Of a stretch of 64,000 nt of DNA, positions 1 to 12,640 are shown piece by piece; the first letter of the stretch is position 1; the number at the start of each line of letters is the position of its first letter. The notes below the pieces were generated by a model. It worked only from the letters and a program-made list of their open reading frames with translations, ran no database searches and had not been told where the DNA came from. This DNA is from Schizochytrium sp. TIO01 (Eukaryota > Protista > Bigyra: Labyrinthulomycetes). The translations under genes and the position numbers were made by a program. The stretch lies in the NCBI GenBank assembly GCA_004764695.1, contig SMSO01000036.1, positions 2,356,001 to 2,420,000 of the forward strand, given 5' to 3'.

Positions 1-865
1 TCTCACCTGTTTGCGTACCCCACGCCGCGCTTCCTAACTACACCTACCAAATTTTCAAGTTAGTTAAGCATTTTGCAGCTTAAACTGCTGAAGGGAGAAA
101 GGTCGGTAAGCTGGGCCCAAAATTGGGCCCGCCAATCTTTACGCCTAACCAACATGAGACATAGGCTTCCATGATCGATTCCTACGCACGTTCAAACAGG
201 CTCCTTTTCTGCAGGTGCTATTATCCACTGCTTACGAGCGCTCCGAACTTTAAAAATGTTGCTTCTTTTTTTTTTAAGTCTCCTCAGACCCTTCAGCTTG
301 ACGACCTTCAAATCCTCGGCTATCTAATAAAAGAAAAATTTGTTAAAATGGAACCAATTACTATTTAAATTTAATAAATAAAAAAAATCGAACTTTAGAA
401 AAATCTTTATATCGAAGTGAAAAGGTGATTAGCAAGAGCGGTTGAAAGCAGTAGAAGATCCATGGGACCGCAATGAAGCAGCTCGTTCTCTAATGCAAGA
501 TGCATCTTCATCAGGCACAGTGTAGCAAAAGACCATCAAGAACACCTTTCAGGAAATCTGAGAAGCAGGATTAGTTTGGTAGTTAAACTTTTTTTTTTTT
601 TCCGAAAAGTTTCAGTTCATTTTGCAAACAATCTTGGCATTTCAAAAAAAAAAAAAAGCTTTAATAATAAAATCGAATTTGAAGAATATGAAAGCAATTC
701 CCAAACGCTTGAACTGTCCTTTCCTAGATATTAAGCAAGAAGAGTACTGCTAGGCTTTACCTAGTATAATTCGGTGCGACCCCTTCGCATGCGAAACAGC
801 GCGTACAGAGAATACATACATCTGAATAGTCACTGTTAAATCTCGTGAGTGTCTCTGGTACAATC

Positions 866-1237
866 ATGACAGATCAACGGCATAACCAACTAAATGCCCG
901 CAGATCCGCTGATCCTCCTCAGCACCTGGGCTCACAGGGCTTGGGAGATTGTCCAACTTCAAGCCTTGGGAGAACCAATCTGTCCTTCGACCAAGGAAAC
1001 TATCAGCAGAAACCTTGGCCAAAAAGACAAGGGTACCTGTCTACGAACCAACAAGAACACCAGCAACAAAACCCCAGACTCCAGCCACTATCCTTCACGT
1101 GTTTTCGTTCGGAACCAGGTAGCTCCTGGAAAACTGCCGAAAGCACGTCTGACATGAATGAGTTCAACGGCGTGAAAGCTCCCCTGGTAGCTTCCCATAT
1201 TGACTGCTCTTCCCCCAACACTTCAACAATTTTCCCC

Positions 1238-1269
<32 letters not shown>

Positions 1270-3313
1270 TAATTTCACGGAACCGATTAACAACGTCTAT
1301 TTGGAAGGCATACTTCAGAGTACGGATGGTCAGCATGGATTCCCTGACCCGATTGAGTTAATTAATTTTGACGAAGATTTGCTCTTTCCAATTTCTGCTC
1401 CGACTTTTGAGGTTTCAAGTTCTGATTCACACCAATTCGAATTGGATTTCCTAAATATTTTGAATAGCACTCCAGATCAAATTTCAGAAGGAACACCAAT
1501 GCACTCTGATGTCCCTATCTGTAACCCACGCAACCCGAGACCACAAAATACTATCAAAACCAAGGCATCAGTACCTGAGGTTTCTGCAACCTACGATGTA
1601 AGATATACATTGGTAGAGGCAGGACAAAATCATAATCTCTCCCATACCACAATCCAAGTTCCCGGTGTTGTGGTACAACCTACATCAACAATGTGGTATG
1701 CGTTCCCTCGTAAAACAGGAGAAGGATTACGCACACAACTTGTAGTCATTATGCTTCATCCTGGTACCAAACTCAGTGACTATGTTCTTGACGTCGTTTC
1801 TGATCTATCAGCTACACCGCGTACCCGAGCAGCACCAGCAGTGCTCGTACAAGGAGAAGAAGAACAGCAAACCAGTACAACAGATGAAGCTGTACTGCAA
1901 CGTTTTACTTTTACGCAAAAGGAACATATTTTATCTGGAAGCGGGTCCAGTAGCACTTACGACAGCGACGCAACAGAAAATTCAGAACAAATGATAAACG
2001 CCAGAGCTGCCGGTCTGCCATTTGCAGGTGTCACCGATATTATTCAACGTGGATGTGCAGCTTTGATCCAGTTGATTGCTTCCACTAAGCCAGGCAAAAC
2101 CAGTGGCAACAAGTTCTTCTTTGTTTTACGTCCGATCGCAGGCAGGTCAGAAAGTAGGATGCACCCAATTGTTACCGACTCATTCACGAAATATTCCAAG
2201 ATTCGTGATCCGTATTCTCGATCAGAAAAAAAGCAACCTACTAGCACAGGAAAACAGCCTCGTTTTAATCGTTTTCGCAGCCAAAATGATCAGCATTTAT
2301 CGCGAATCAGCGAGATAAAGTCATGGTTTAACAGCGCAAGCTTTCCTGAAGGCAAGCCTCCTTTTTTACATAATTGGCGAGACATTCATAATAAAAATGA
2401 TCTGTCGTTGTTGAAGAAAAGAAAAGCATCGGACGGTGCTATTGACGCCTCGCGTTCGCCAGCAAATCAGGCTCCGGAAAGGCAACCGGATGAATTCGGC
2501 ATTTCTATGCCGTCCTCGAAGAGACAAAGAACATCCACGAGTGGGCCAGATTATACAGATCATGCCACTCGTTTTCAACCGAGCCCTTCCACTGGGGCGA
2601 CTGGGGCAACTAGTACTTCGCGCTCTCTAGAATATCGGGCTGATCAAGATTATCTCGGGTCGCTCTCGCCTCTTGATCTCAACTCTCTGTTACCCGACGA
2701 AGACGATGATACTTCTTACCAACCATTTAGCAGTCAGAGGCGCCAATCCAAGATCTCGAATAAAAGTAGTCCTGACCAAAACATCAAACATTCTAAAGGT
2801 CTTGTCACTCCTAATTACAATGACAATAGAACTATGCTCGGATGGGAAGATAGACCAGTCTCCCCAACAAAACATACAAGTGCTGTCACACGTCACTGGC
2901 AACAAGAGAGAAGCTTCAGACGTGAACTTTCAGTGTCCCTAGCATGCCCACGTGCTTCAACCCACCATTCAACTTCTTCAGGTAGCTTGCATAATATATT
3001 GATGGGAGCCTTCCGTGCGCTCGTTGCTCAACTTATGCGAACACCAGGCTTTGTTACCGATGACCTTGCCATGTGGGACACTATCCAGGCTATCCTAGGA
3101 GCATGCTTGCAACAGCGTCATTATTTGGATCATCCTAATCAGATGAGAGCTTTGGCTCAAAAGTTGAAGTTCAGTATTCAGAGTACCCAAGAGCTGATGG
3201 ATGCCTGTGACAAGTTCTTGGAAGCTCTGAAGAGCCTTCTCGAAAGCGAGAATGATACGACGGACTTGTGCACAGCTGCCCGAAAATATGTATATAAAAA
3301 TCTACGACAATAA
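866..3313 (+). CDS. Uncharacterised ~815 aa protein, probable transcription factor (polyQ/acidic N-terminus, central beta-rich CudA/p53-like domain, basic NLS-like patches)
   Basis: 822-codon uninterrupted ORF; the track starts at GTG 845 but the first ATG is at 866. PolyQ tract at ~1238-1268. The globular segment ending LIQLIASTKPGKTSGNKFFFVLRP...HPIVTDSFTKYSK resembles the end of Ig-fold DNA-binding domains; basic patches KKRKASD and SKRQRT follow. The CDS is well supported; the function is inferred. Confidence 0.75.
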
Positions 3314-3650
3314 AGGAGGCACCAAGACAGTCTCGAAAGTTGCCAATACTTTTCTTGGTACCTTAGAATGTAGAAAACCAAGCTATCTCTTAAAGTAAAA
3401 ACAGTGCCATTATTATTTTCCTACGTTACTTCAGGAATTCATAAGGAAAATTATCCTTCCTTGTGATTTCAATTATCTATCGCCAAAGTCTGGAGATATT
3501 TGTAAACGCAACTTTGTCTTGCTCTACTGCTGCTTTCGTGGCTCTTTGTATATGAAATGGTCATAAGGCTTTGAGAAAGGCTTGGTGCCCAGAACAGCTC
3601 ATCCCAGAGTGAGAGAGGCTACAGTAGCAAAATCGCTACGTTATTGCAAT

Positions 3651-4178
3651 TCAAGCCTCGGTAGGCTCTGCGCTTGGAATTGAAGCCCCGCCCACAGCCT
3701 GCACAGGCTGGTGATTCTCCTGATTTGATTTTCTGCCCAGCATAGCATTGACAGCATTCAAAGACGTTGGCACGAGCTCCGAGTCCACATAAGATCCATC
3801 AGCGGTGATGCGAAATAGATATCTTCCTTGAAGGTCCCCACGCTTGCTGGTGAAGAGAAAGATCAACTTACTCTTATTCTGGTGATGCTGGATGACCGAG
3901 GCCGTTGTGAAGACGACCCCGCGTACGAGTCCTGGGAGCTCTCTGAGTAGCAGCTGGTTGTTTTTGTTTCTTGACACCAAGAATTGTTGCACGACGGCTT
4001 TGTTTTCCATATCCAAAACATTCACCAGTGCGTTATGCATAGGTCTGTTCTCTTTAGCATTGACTACCACGACGAATTTATTTCCTTCATCTGCATCGTC
4101 CATGATCTGGTCCTTATCCACACGCTCCGTTTCTAAGGTTTGGACTTCCTCTTGGCTTGACCCATCTTCGCCTGCCAT
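3651..4178 (-). CDS. Hypothetical 175 aa protein with a beta-rich central domain
   Basis: ORF open from 4217; the first ATG (MAGEDG) is at 4178. Protein-like composition with an acidic N-terminus and alternating hydrophobic strands. Convergent with the upstream gene. Confidence 0.65.
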   Translation of the reverse strand: MAGEDGSSQEEVQTLETERVDKDQIMDDADEGNKFVVVVNAKENRPMHNALVNVLDMENKAVVQQFLVSRNKNNQLLLRELPGLVRGVVFTTASVIQHHQNKSKLIFLFTSKRGDLQGRYLFRITADGSYVDSELVPTSLNAVNAMLGRKSNQENHQPVQAVGGASIPSAEPTEA

Positions 4179-5685
4179 CCTGATGTTCCCAGAAAACCCC
4201 ACCGTTTCACGACGCAAGCTGTCCTGCTACAATTTAATGGTTCCCTGAGGCTAGCCTCACTTATAATAGAGTCAGAGCTATCGAGGCAGCCTAGCTTCTC
4301 GTTTCGTGGCTCCAATTTAACTGTCTTGACGAAGTTTGCGAATTGCAGGGCTTGCTGCCCGTTTTTTAGGTATTGTTTTTTTAACGTATATTTATATGAT
4401 CGACCCTAATGCGTTGTTATCAGGTACTACTTCTTAGTCAAATACTATTATCTACTAGAAAAATCCAAAAATTAAACAATTGTATGCCATCATTATCTAA
4501 TCAAAAGTTTGTTTCTAACTTGAACTAGTTAAAGTCCATAAATGACAATCTTTTTACTTCGATGAAGACGAGGAAGAAAGCATAAAACCCATGACATGAG
4601 GTCTTAGTCGAAGTGGTATTGCTAGTGAGAGAGACTGATTGGTTGTTTGCAGTGTTGCTTTTATGGGCCACCTTTAACTAACGATTATGCCATCCCAGTT
4701 CTGCTTGTACGGATACCTGAGCTTTGCATCCATCTAGTGAAAATATTAATGCTTACCTATCGTTTTCTGGATTAGTCATAGACACCAGGGGCTACTCCTT
4801 TCAATTCTTCTCCTTGGACAAAAACTCAAGTCAGGACATGTTTCACTGGAGAACATACTGCTGATCATGTGTGCCATCGCAAGAGACTGCATTCAAGTAC
4901 ACAATCCTTGGTTCTTTCCTGAAGTGACTAAATATGCCTATTCTTCTACTATGAGGAAGGTTGCACTCTCTGAGCAGTAAGTGGCTATATAAACTTTGGC
5001 GACCAAGGATGGAATTTCGCCTTACATCAATTAAGCAAGAGCCGCTCTTTCAAACTCACCATTGCAGCACATTCTAAGATGGCAGAGAGGGGTTTGTCCC
5101 ACAATAATGCAAATTCTTAAAAGTACCTATAACGATATCAGCTAGCCGTGTACGTACCTAGTAAGTACAAATTTATGGATCAGTACTAACGCAAGCGGAT
5201 TAGATAGATATCAAAAGCCTTGATAATGGTACTACCCAGTCATAATTGTTAATAAATTTGGCGTTCGCGAATGATAGAAAAGCTTGTTATGAAGCAAAAG
5301 GCCGAGACGTAATCTGAAAATACTGTGTATTATAATAAGATCATTCACTTAACAATTGAGATTCCAGTGTATCTATCTATTCACATGAAGGTATCAGTAT
5401 CAGAGGCTGCAGAGTGAACTAGATCTGCGTCACCAATTACGTGAGGAACTCAAAGCAGATATGAAGACTGTCGGCCAGTTGGGCTGACAAGGAAGGAGAG
5501 ACTGGAGAACTGAAATAATATACGGGGTTTACTACCTTATTAATTTATCTCGGGTTGCTTTTGACTGGGACTTCAAACCAGATGAGAGCATCTTGACTTA
5601 TTGAATAAAATTGAGCGAAACATGAGCTCAGGATATGGGCGCCAGAGAATCGAGCATAAAGTTATATCTGCTCGTTCTCGGTGAC

Positions 5686-7140
5686 TTAGTTTTCTTGAAC
5701 GAGTTTGAGTGTGGTAATAATTACACCTAGCACTCCACTAACGATTGCCCAGACGAAGAAAATATAACTTGTCCTTGTCCAGAAGGCGAGCCGCGACTCC
5801 GAAAATCCGTCCGCGCTGGAAAGACCTGTCAAAAGAGGCTCATGCATTCCACCAGAAGACGATGAAAACTGAACTGGTTTCACACAGCACGACTGCACCT
5901 TGGTCGGGTTGCATCGTGCAAGAAACATCCAGGCAGGGAAAGCGAAACTAATGCAGCCACCGAGAATAGCACCTTTGTAGTCAAGTACAACTCCAATATC
6001 GCTCAGTGTGGATCCCAGAATGAATGTTAGGCCTACAAGCGTAAGAGTGAGGGGGAAGTAAATTCTAGATACCCGGAAATTGAGCGTTGGGAAATGCAGG
6101 GCTAAAAGTGCCATGGCAGAGGCACGCAGCGAGTTGAATGCCAACGGGTAGGTAAACAGGACAACAGCTGACATGGCAACACGGCCGATGGTGGCCTTGA
6201 GAGAATTCTTGCCAAAGTTCGACAAAACATCACTCATGGTTGCTTCACCGAAATGAAGGTAGCCGAAGAGTGCAACAGCGATGTACACTGCACCGCATAA
6301 TGATAAAGAAATTGCCACAGATGTTGCAAACTTTGTCACAGAGCGCTGGTGCATTTCTTGGTAAAAACGTGGCACATTATAGTGAGCAATGAAAGCAACA
6401 TTGACGACAGGAGCAGCAGAGAAGATGCCCCAGGAAAGTGTAGCAACCTTGATCTCGCTCGAAGGGGCAACCTCACCTCTTTTAGAGGCAGCAAAGTACT
6501 CAGTGACTAGCAAAAAGAGTAGATAGAACATCCCGACCATGGACAAGAGACTTGTAAAGCGCAACGCATTAAGGTTTCGCAGGCAGCTGAGTGGGGCCAG
6601 CACGAGAAGGGTGAGGATGGCCACAGACGAAAAACGTGAGTAGAAGATCTGAACAATCCAGCTATCGCACTCCTTTCCGGAGCAAAACCCTTGGGGGATA
6701 CCGTTACTTCCGCTGAAGAAGTCGCCTGCCAGAATCATAAAGCTAACACAGCTGAAGAATGTGTAGATGAACATGATGGACTGGATAGTGATGCCAAAGC
6801 CTCGGCCAAGAGTTCGTTCACCCATGCCACGAAAGGAGAAGCATTGCGTCACATCACAGCACACGGCAATGAGCACAAGCGAAAGGCCACTCAAAATACC
6901 AACAAAAATCATGAGCAAGGCACCTTCGACAATGCTCGCTTCCTTAAAGCAATACGGAAGGGTTAAGATTCCGGCACCGACAATATTATTGGATAAATTG
7001 AAGACTGTTGACATAATTGTAGCCTGACAATCTTCTTCATTCTCTGCCATCAAGTCCTCCGCATCTTCGTTGTCCTCTACATGTTCATCTTCACGCCGCG
7101 CAGACGAAGCACTGTCAACGCCTGTTTCTGTATCAACCAT
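5686..7140 (-). CDS. Amino acid transporter, AAAP/SLC38-AVT family (Aa_trans)
   Basis: Motifs STVFNLSNNIVGAGILTLPY, AFIAHYNVP, FGYLHFG and LFTYPL; about 11 hydrophobic segments; acidic N-tail. First ATG at 7140 (MVDTET). Confidence 0.92.
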   Translation of the reverse strand: MVDTETGVDSASSARREDEHVEDNEDAEDLMAENEEDCQATIMSTVFNLSNNIVGAGILTLPYCFKEASIVEGALLMIFVGILSGLSLVLIAVCCDVTQCFSFRGMGERTLGRGFGITIQSIMFIYTFFSCVSFMILAGDFFSGSNGIPQGFCSGKECDSWIVQIFYSRFSSVAILTLLVLAPLSCLRNLNALRFTSLLSMVGMFYLLFLLVTEYFAASKRGEVAPSSEIKVATLSWGIFSAAPVVNVAFIAHYNVPRFYQEMHQRSVTKFATSVAISLSLCGAVYIAVALFGYLHFGEATMSDVLSNFGKNSLKATIGRVAMSAVVLFTYPLAFNSLRASAMALLALHFPTLNFRVSRIYFPLTLTLVGLTFILGSTLSDIGVVLDYKGAILGGCISFAFPAWMFLARCNPTKVQSCCVKPVQFSSSSGGMHEPLLTGLSSADGFSESRLAFWTRTSYIFFVWAIVSGVLGVIITTLKLVQEN

Positions 7141-8312
7141 GTTAATCAACTGACCGAACTAGATTGAACACTCAAACGAACAAAGCTTTCCTCAAGGCTT
7201 GCTGCTGCAATACCTTGCGCACTGAGTGCTCAAAAGCTGCTCGAAGGAGCTTAAGACAAGCTTTGGATAGCGCGAAGCGAGGATTTAGGTCTGCCAGCGT
7301 CGCGTGATGGTGAAGCTGGACGGCTTCAGATCTTATCCGTCTTATTCAATACCTATCTTCTTATATGACTCTTAACTATTCTGTATTGCTAAAGACTTGC
7401 TTTTAATCAGGTAGCCCCTCGGTAATCCGCATTCATGCATGCCATACTTTGGTCAATTCTAAATGATCGCTACTGCTGTCGCCGTCGTATATGCAGCACG
7501 AGTACAGCTAGCTTTCGTGCTAGTGAAAAGTACATTGTGGGAAAGGCATCCCGAATGTTATTACCTTGAGCAGGTAAGGTATACTACCTAGGTGGTGAAA
7601 TTGTTGATCTGATCTGGTGAAGCAATTCATGCAATTCATACAATTCATGCATTTGTTATACAGAGAAAATATTTGTTGAAGTCAATAGGATATGATCTAA
7701 TTTGAGTTTTGTCGGAGGTAAGAATTCAAGAAGAGTAGTGAGATTGCTTGAAGGCCTTCTCAAAATATTAACGTGCCATGCTATTACATTTCTACGTGTC
7801 AATCCAATATCAGTGCTGAAGTGGCGTAGAACATCTAAGATAGATTAGGGCCACATGACTCACGTGTGTTTATATGCTTTGTTTTATTTTCAAGTATGTA
7901 TCTTTTTAAAGAGAGAGAACGAACAATAATAAACATAATAAACAAGCAAGTTCTGGCATACCCTAATACATACAAAGAGCTAAAAGTAATTTGAGAGCCA
8001 TGAAATTCAGGTTTAAAGACAAAAGAAAGGTGAACAAGCAAGTTTGTGCGTACTTACCAAGAGTGAGTTTGTGATCTATAGAGTTGAGATTTAAAGACAA
8101 ATGGAGACAAGAGTTTCTGATAAGAGTTCAACATAGCAAAAAAAATCTTTCCAAGATGAAATTTGTCACAAGAGGCTAGGCTATCGTTTCTTCGTTCGGT
8201 GTTTAGTAAGTAAGTAACGGGGTTGATGAAGAGTTGATGGAGATGTAGTATAAGTTGGCTCACAGGGAGCGAGAAAGGCAAGGCGATTTAGATTAGGTAT
8301 GGATGCAAAAGT

Positions 8313-10775
8313 TTAGTCAACATCCATGCCGTTCTCCTCCTCGGTCTTCTTGGCCTCATCGCCCTCCTCCTTATCAGCAGAGGCATCCTCATCAGCGGTC
8401 TTCTCGTCAGCGGCTTCCTTCTCTTCGGCAGCCTTCTTCTCATCAGCCTTGGGCTTGGCCGGGCGGCGCTTGTTCACAACCGGGATGCATGAGGACATGA
8501 GCTCCTGGATCTTAGCATCAATATCAGCAGTGCGGAGGGCAGCATCCTGGTACGGGTTGAGCTGTGCCTGCTTGTCAGAGAGGTCCTTGAGCCACTTCTC
8601 GGCTTCCTTGCAAGTCTTGCGGACCTTCTCGCGCTCCTCCTCCTCAATGTGGTCGTACTTTTCGTCCTCAGAGTTCACGACCTGGAGCAGCTGGCCAATC
8701 TTCTCGTTGAAGCGGCCAATGGCAGCCGGGCGGTCCTCTGCCTCGCGGCTACGCTCTACGAACTTGTTACCCAAAGACTGGAGATCCTTGAGCTTGGAAG
8801 CGTATGCCTCCTTGGTCTCATCGTATCCCTCGTCGTAGATCCATGCCTCGGCAGCATCGAGAGCACCGGAGAATTCACTGCGCTCGTCGTCGGTACCAAA
8901 GTCACGGAGAGGTCCAGAAACCTTATCACGGAAGGAGTACACGTACTCTTCGAGCTTGTTACGCATCTCAGCGGTGTCGCGGAGGATCTTGTCCTGGGCA
9001 GCGTAGTTCTTCTCACGAGTGGAGGCGTTTTCAATATCTCCCTCAGTGAGGGCCTTGGTGAAGCTGGACTTGACCTTGAGTGCAACAGCCTTGAACTTCT
9101 TCTTCTTGGGCTCCTCCTTGGCCTCCTTGTCCTTGCCCTCAGCTCCTTCCTCAGTCTCCATCTTGGCTTCCCCGGCCTCTTCAACAATCGGCTCCATGTA
9201 CTTGGCTGCGGCGACCTTAAAGAGTCCAAACTCATCCTGGCGGAAGTCTACCCGAATGCGCGGCACAGTTCCATCACTCACAGTCGCGGGCATTCCTGAG
9301 ATCTCGAACACTCCAATCTCCTTCTTGGCCTCATCTTCTTCCTCTGCGTACTGTGCCTTGATTTCAAATGCTTGTCCCCGACGGAAGGTCACGCGACGCG
9401 TCTTGGGCGTCTCGTCTCCAGTGGCCAGGATGACAATATCATTCTTTCCAGCAGCGACCTCGCCGTTTTCTTCTTCGTCTGCGTTGTCCTCTTCGGCAGG
9501 GGCAGCCGCAGAAGCAGCCTCCCACTCGAGTCTGATGGGCTGAGTGACAGTATCTGCAACGACAAACTCCTTAACCCTGAACGCAGGGCTGAGAATGGCG
9601 CACCTGAGAGCACATCCCCTGCTGGTGGCCTCGTCTGCGTTAAGGGTGGTGGAGAGTCCGAAGTTGTGGGCAGACGCGTCAAGACCAAGGGCCTCGCCAA
9701 TGCGACGCTTGATGGCGCGGACACGAGTGGCTCCTCCGACGATCTCCACAGACTTGATCTTGTCCATGGTAAGACCACTCATCTCCATAGCACGCTCGAT
9801 GGGCTCTGTGACACGGCTGACCAAAGGCTCTACGAGCTCGTCAAAGGTCTCGATCATGAGCTTTGTGTTAAAGTCCTTCTCGTCGAGCAGGAATTCAACG
9901 TTGACGTTGGCAAAGGCGACACCATCGGGTGTGACAGTGTGCTTGGCCTTCTGAGAAGCGTCAAGAAGCTTGAGCACAGCCTTGGGGTTGGCCATGACGT
10001 CTCCGCCGTGCTTGGCCTTGAACTCCTCTGCAAAGTGCTCGCACAGTGTCCAATCAATATCACGGCCACCAAGGTTGGGGTCCGAGGCGGAGGCGACAAT
10101 CTCGAGGCGGCCCTGGTAGAAGGCGGCGATAGTGACCTGGGTGGAGGCATGGCCCATGTCCACGAACATGACGTGCTCTGCCTCGTCCACAGAGAACTGG
10201 TTGCTGGCACTCTTCCAGATACCGTAGCTAAGCGCTGTAGCGGTTCCGTCGTTGATGAGGCCGAGAACGTTCACATCGGCAATCTTGGCAGCGTCGAGGA
10301 AGGCTCTGCGCTGGCGGTCCTGCCAGTAGGCCGGCACGGAGAAAACGATGTCAGCAACGTTGCGTCCCTCGTTAGCGAACTCTGCAGTTCCCTTGAGCGA
10401 GGAGATGACCATTGCGCAGTAGTCCTCAGGAGTCAGGGTAACCTTCTCATCGTTGTAGGCCACGGTGATACCGATGGAGTCGTTCTCGAGCTCCACAAAG
10501 GCTTTGGAGTTAGGGCAGCGCTTGATGTCAAGCTGCACCTGGGGGTCACTCCAGTTCTTGCCAATAAAGCGCTTCACGTCCACCACGGTGTTCTTGTAGT
10601 TGCTTTTGGTCAAGCTTGTGGCAGCCACACCCATGAAGCGTTCCTTACCCTGGAAACTCACGAGGGCGGGAGTCTGACGCTTGGAGGCCTCATTGAGCAC
10701 GGTCTCGATGCTTCCGCGCTTGGCCTGGCTGATGGTGCAGTTAAGCGTGCCGAAGTCCACGCCCACGACGGCCAT
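8313..10775 (-). CDS. HSP110: Heat shock protein 110 (Hsp70 superfamily nucleotide exchange factor, HSPA4/Sse1-like)
   Basis: VVGVDFGT start, NEASKRQTPALVSF, LGGRDID, VEIVGGATRV, STTLNADEA; acidic insertions in the substrate-binding domain; C-terminal MDVD. Strong C/G-ending codon bias suggests high expression. Confidence 0.96.
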   Translation of the reverse strand: MAVVGVDFGTLNCTISQAKRGSIETVLNEASKRQTPALVSFQGKERFMGVAATSLTKSNYKNTVVDVKRFIGKNWSDPQVQLDIKRCPNSKAFVELENDSIGITVAYNDEKVTLTPEDYCAMVISSLKGTAEFANEGRNVADIVFSVPAYWQDRQRRAFLDAAKIADVNVLGLINDGTATALSYGIWKSASNQFSVDEAEHVMFVDMGHASTQVTIAAFYQGRLEIVASASDPNLGGRDIDWTLCEHFAEEFKAKHGGDVMANPKAVLKLLDASQKAKHTVTPDGVAFANVNVEFLLDEKDFNTKLMIETFDELVEPLVSRVTEPIERAMEMSGLTMDKIKSVEIVGGATRVRAIKRRIGEALGLDASAHNFGLSTTLNADEATSRGCALRCAILSPAFRVKEFVVADTVTQPIRLEWEAASAAAPAEEDNADEEENGEVAAGKNDIVILATGDETPKTRRVTFRRGQAFEIKAQYAEEEDEAKKEIGVFEISGMPATVSDGTVPRIRVDFRQDEFGLFKVAAAKYMEPIVEEAGEAKMETEEGAEGKDKEAKEEPKKKKFKAVALKVKSSFTKALTEGDIENASTREKNYAAQDKILRDTAEMRNKLEEYVYSFRDKVSGPLRDFGTDDERSEFSGALDAAEAWIYDEGYDETKEAYASKLKDLQSLGNKFVERSREAEDRPAAIGRFNEKIGQLLQVVNSEDEKYDHIEEEEREKVRKTCKEAEKWLKDLSDKQAQLNPYQDAALRTADIDAKIQELMSSCIPVVNKRRPAKPKADEKKAAEEKEAADEKTADEDASADKEEGDEAKKTEEENGMDVD

Positions 10776-11938
10776 GATGCTCTAGATTACTTGATGAATC
10801 TACTTACTTGCCTACCGGCGACGAGCTAGCGAGTGAGAAGAAGCGAAGCGACCGCGGTCAGGTCACAACGGGGGCGAGTGGCAAAAGAATCTCAACAAAG
10901 AGGGTCTTTCAACAACCCAGTGCAGACGCAAGCGGAGACAGCAGACTCGCTCGACGTCTAGAACACGTTGGAGCTTTGCTTCTCTTTCTATTTATCCTAC
11001 ATACATATACATACATATACATACATACATATCTCTTCTTCCTTTCTTTCCTTCTTTCTTTGTTGTTTCTTTCTTTCACTTTCATTCATTCACTCATTCA
11101 TTCATTCATTCATTCATTGATCGAGAACACTTCTTCAAACAAACATATCACTCACTATTCACAGCACCTGCTTTCACAGTACCGCCGCCACTCCTACTGT
11201 TACCCCTATGCGCTCTCTAGTGCATCGACCTCTCTTTTCATCGAAGCTGTTTCCTCCTTCTAACTAAACACTAGCTAACTATAGCTAACTGTAGATGCGC
11301 ATCCTCTTCTTCTTCTTTCTTTTCTCTTCGGTATGTATCATCACATCGATCGATCATTCATTCCATCACTATTCACTCTTCGTCACTCATTGACTCATCG
11401 ATTGCGCTGTGATCACTCAATCACCAATCAACAAATCAATCAATCACTCAATCAACACATCAATCAATCAATCAATCAATCAATCAACAAATCATCAATT
11501 ATTCCCCCTTAACTTATAAGGGCCAACGAGGGCCGCACATATCGATGACTCCCCCCCACCCTACAGGGCCTCCTACCCTTATCCCTAGCAGTGCCTCTTT
11601 TAAATCCAAACGAACGAACTTTTTCGCAGAAAGCGATCCGAGTTAAAAGAATTCTTCATTTCGCGCTCTCCCTTAGCAACGCCTAGGCGCCTTCTACCGT
11701 CTAGCAGCTGCATAGCACTCAGTAGGACCCATGACTCGTAATGATCGATTAGGAGAGCCAAAGCAGATTGATTCTCAGGAGCAGAATTCGAAGCGGAGCG
11801 CATCGTTTCCACGGCGACAGCTGCGTGGAGGCGGCGGAGGGGCTGAGGAGGATGACGGCGTGAGGCAGGAGGGAGTCGCCGCCGGATTGAGGGCCGCCTC
11901 ACTCAACGGGTCCCAGCGATTCCTCAATCGAGGATGGA

Positions 11939-12020
11939 TATTCATTCATTCATTCATTCATTCATTCATTCATTCATTCATTCATTCATTCGTACATTTT
12001 CATTTTCATTTTCATTTTTA
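11939..12020. repeat. (TTCA)n followed by (CATTTT)n microsatellite
   Basis: Direct tandem units visible. Confidence 0.95.
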
Positions 12021-12075
12021 AAAACGTTTATTTAAACTTAAAAATGAAAATAAAAACAGTAATTAATTAATATGT

Positions 12076-12107
<32 letters not shown>

Positions 12108-12621
12108 TAAATAGTTAATTAAATGAAAGCTGAGGAAACGATATGTTACTCTCATAGTATTTCCAGAAGTTCTCTCATTATTATCATCATTCTGAAGGGC
12201 GATCGCGATCGATCGGTTCGTCGGTGGGCGGAAAGGAGGGAGAGGACGGAGCTCTCTCCAACACCGCCGGCCCCTGCGGAGAGCAGCCCGCGCCGCCTCC
12301 TCCCTGGCGCCGCCGCGTTTCTTCGAGAGCCGCCGCAGTTCTTCTCTATTTTCTTTGTTTTCCAGAGAGCGATTTATAGAAGAAATGAAGAAACGAAGAA
12401 ACGAATAATCCAGATCCTTCGAGCGCCACCGCCGTCGGAGCCGCCACCCGCAAGCGAAGTCGGCGCGGCTGGCAGCGGGGCCCGGCGGAGAGGCCAGGCG
12501 CGGCGGAGGGGTCGCAGCTGCGCCGAGGCACGGAGGCCTCGCGAGCCCAAGGCGCGACAGCTGAGGCTCGGAACTCAGGCGCCCTTTCTCGCAGCGCGTG
12601 CATCGCATAAGGGACTCGTGT

Positions 12622-12640
12622 AGATCTTCGAGAACATTGC
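12622..12640. promoter_or_regulatory. Heat-shock-element-like array upstream of Hsp110
   Basis: agatcTTCgaGAAcaTTGc contains two perfect and two imperfect inverted nGAAn units. A second TTCcaGAA lies at 12161-12168. Both are 1.4-1.9 kb from the ATG, so they may be chance matches. Confidence 0.3.

Noticed and set aside
113-130. Palindrome gggcccaa-aa-ttgggccc
   Set aside because: A single short inverted repeat near the window edge; no context to assign a function.
8326-10829. Long antisense ORFs over Hsp110 (e.g. 9372-10829, 485 aa)
   Set aside because: Shadow ORFs caused by strong sense-strand codon bias, well known for Hsp70-family genes; no independent motifs.
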